This document shows positions 62,986 to 64,000 of a stretch of DNA of 64,000 bases, piece after piece. The position numbers and the translations under genes were made by a program. Location: the NCBI RefSeq assembly GCF_006345805.1, contig NC_043002.1, positions 20,150,001 through 20,214,000 of the forward strand, written 5' to 3'. This DNA is from Octopus sinensis. Taxonomy: Eukaryota. How positions within the stretch are numbered: position 1 is the stretch's first letter; every line of letters begins with the position of its first letter. Below the pieces are notes generated by a model that made no database searches, was not told the origin of the DNA, and was given only the letters and a program-made list of their open reading frames with translations.

Positions 62986-63023
<38 letters not shown>

Positions 63024-63185
63024 GACGGGCTTCTTTCAGTTTCCGTCCACCAAATCCACTCATAAGGCTTTGGTCAGCCAGAGGCTATAGTAGAAGACAC
63101 TTGCCCAAGGTGCCACGCAGTGGGACTGAACCCAGAACCATGTGGTTGGTAAGCAAGCTACTTACCACACAGCCACTCCTGCACC
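62773..63185 (-). mobile_element. SINE family 1 copy
   Basis: reverse complement of consensus. Confidence 0.88.
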
Positions 63186-63527
63186 TATTGATGATGACAA
63201 ATACATACTATCCATGGCAAAGTCTGCATTTTCATTCAGACAAATTATGTATCCAAGTTGATCATCATTAAATTGTGAAATAGATGTGTTTTGCAAAGCT
63301 CCTGCAACATAATTGTAGATGTGATGTGAGAGAAATGTTTTTGTAAGTAACAGATAGTATGGGACAAGAGACTGAGATCTGACTGTTTGTGTCCATCTAT
63401 CTCTAACTCAATATTTCTTGCTTTAACAGGATTCTTTAAACAGTGACAACAACATCAAATTATAGATCAATTCATTGTCTTGTAAAATAAGTTACATGTG
63501 ACACATCAAGAAGGAAAATTCCTAACA

Positions 63528-63948
63528 GAGGTGCAGGAGTGGTTGTGTGGTAAGTAGCTTGCTTACCAACCACATCGTTCCAGGTTCATTCCCACTGCGT
63601 GGCACCTTGGGCAAGTGTCTTCTACTATAACCTCGGGCCGACCAAAGCCTTGTGAGTGGATTTGGTAGACAGAAACTGAAAGAAGCCCATCGTATATATG
63701 TATATATATATATATGTATGTGTGTGCGTATATATTGTGCATCTGTGTTTGTCCCCTCAACATCACTTGACAATAGATGCTGGTGTGTTTACGTCCCTGT
63801 AACTTAGCAGTTCGGCAAAAGAGACTGATAGAATAAGTACTAGGCTTACAAAGAATAAGTCCTGGGGTCGATTTGCTCGACTAATGGTGATGCCCCCACA
63901 TGGCCACAGTCAAATGACTGAAACAAGTAAAAGAGTAGTAAAAGAGTA
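63528..63948 (+). mobile_element. SINE family 1 copy
   Basis: full head to AGTAAAAGAG tail. Confidence 0.88.
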
Positions 63949-64000
63949 ACAAGGAAAATTTGTCTCTCATCAGGCTAACATTGCAGTAATTGGAGATAAG

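Noticed and set aside
11079-63773. Numerous ORF-track entries rich in YI/CV/HT/II/LL/NN runs
   Set aside because: They are translations of (TA)n, (CA)n, (AAT)n and (GATA)n microsatellites or SINE bodies; no coding signal.

Overview
AT-rich, microsatellite- and transposon-dense metazoan genomic DNA. The repeat families and microsatellite load suggest a coleoid cephalopod (Octopus-like); this is inference, not verified. Two intron-containing genes lie on the + strand. (1) The last six coding exons of tubulin-folding cofactor B (TBCB; end of the UBL domain, linker, CAP-Gly with GKNDG), 823-10958; the 5' exons are upstream of the window. (2) A complete three-coding-exon stum/SPEC3-family membrane-protein gene (35042-59070, about 343 aa) with a long low-complexity N-terminus. 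The rest is mostly decayed mobile DNA: tRNA-derived SINEs, RTE LINE pieces and 3' tails, R4/Dong-like restriction-endonuclease LINEs sitting in (AAT)n tracts, CR1-like 3' ends, a full-length dead mariner, maT-like (DD37D) fragments and two Penelope-like (GIY-YIG) remnants. The most notable signal is a set of about ten minimal type-I hammerhead-ribozyme motifs, most with palindromic stem III, in at least five repeat families. They include a tRNA-headed hammerhead element fused head-to-head into a ~560-bp palindrome, a hammerhead cassette bracketed by perfect 71-bp inverted repeats, and a near-intact hammerhead beside a Penelope remnant. One Penelope endonuclease also carries a ~175-codon Asn/Ser-rich insert between its GIY- and YIG-equivalent motifs. 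All structures were read by eye; no folding, alignment or database search was run, and repeat boundaries are approximate.
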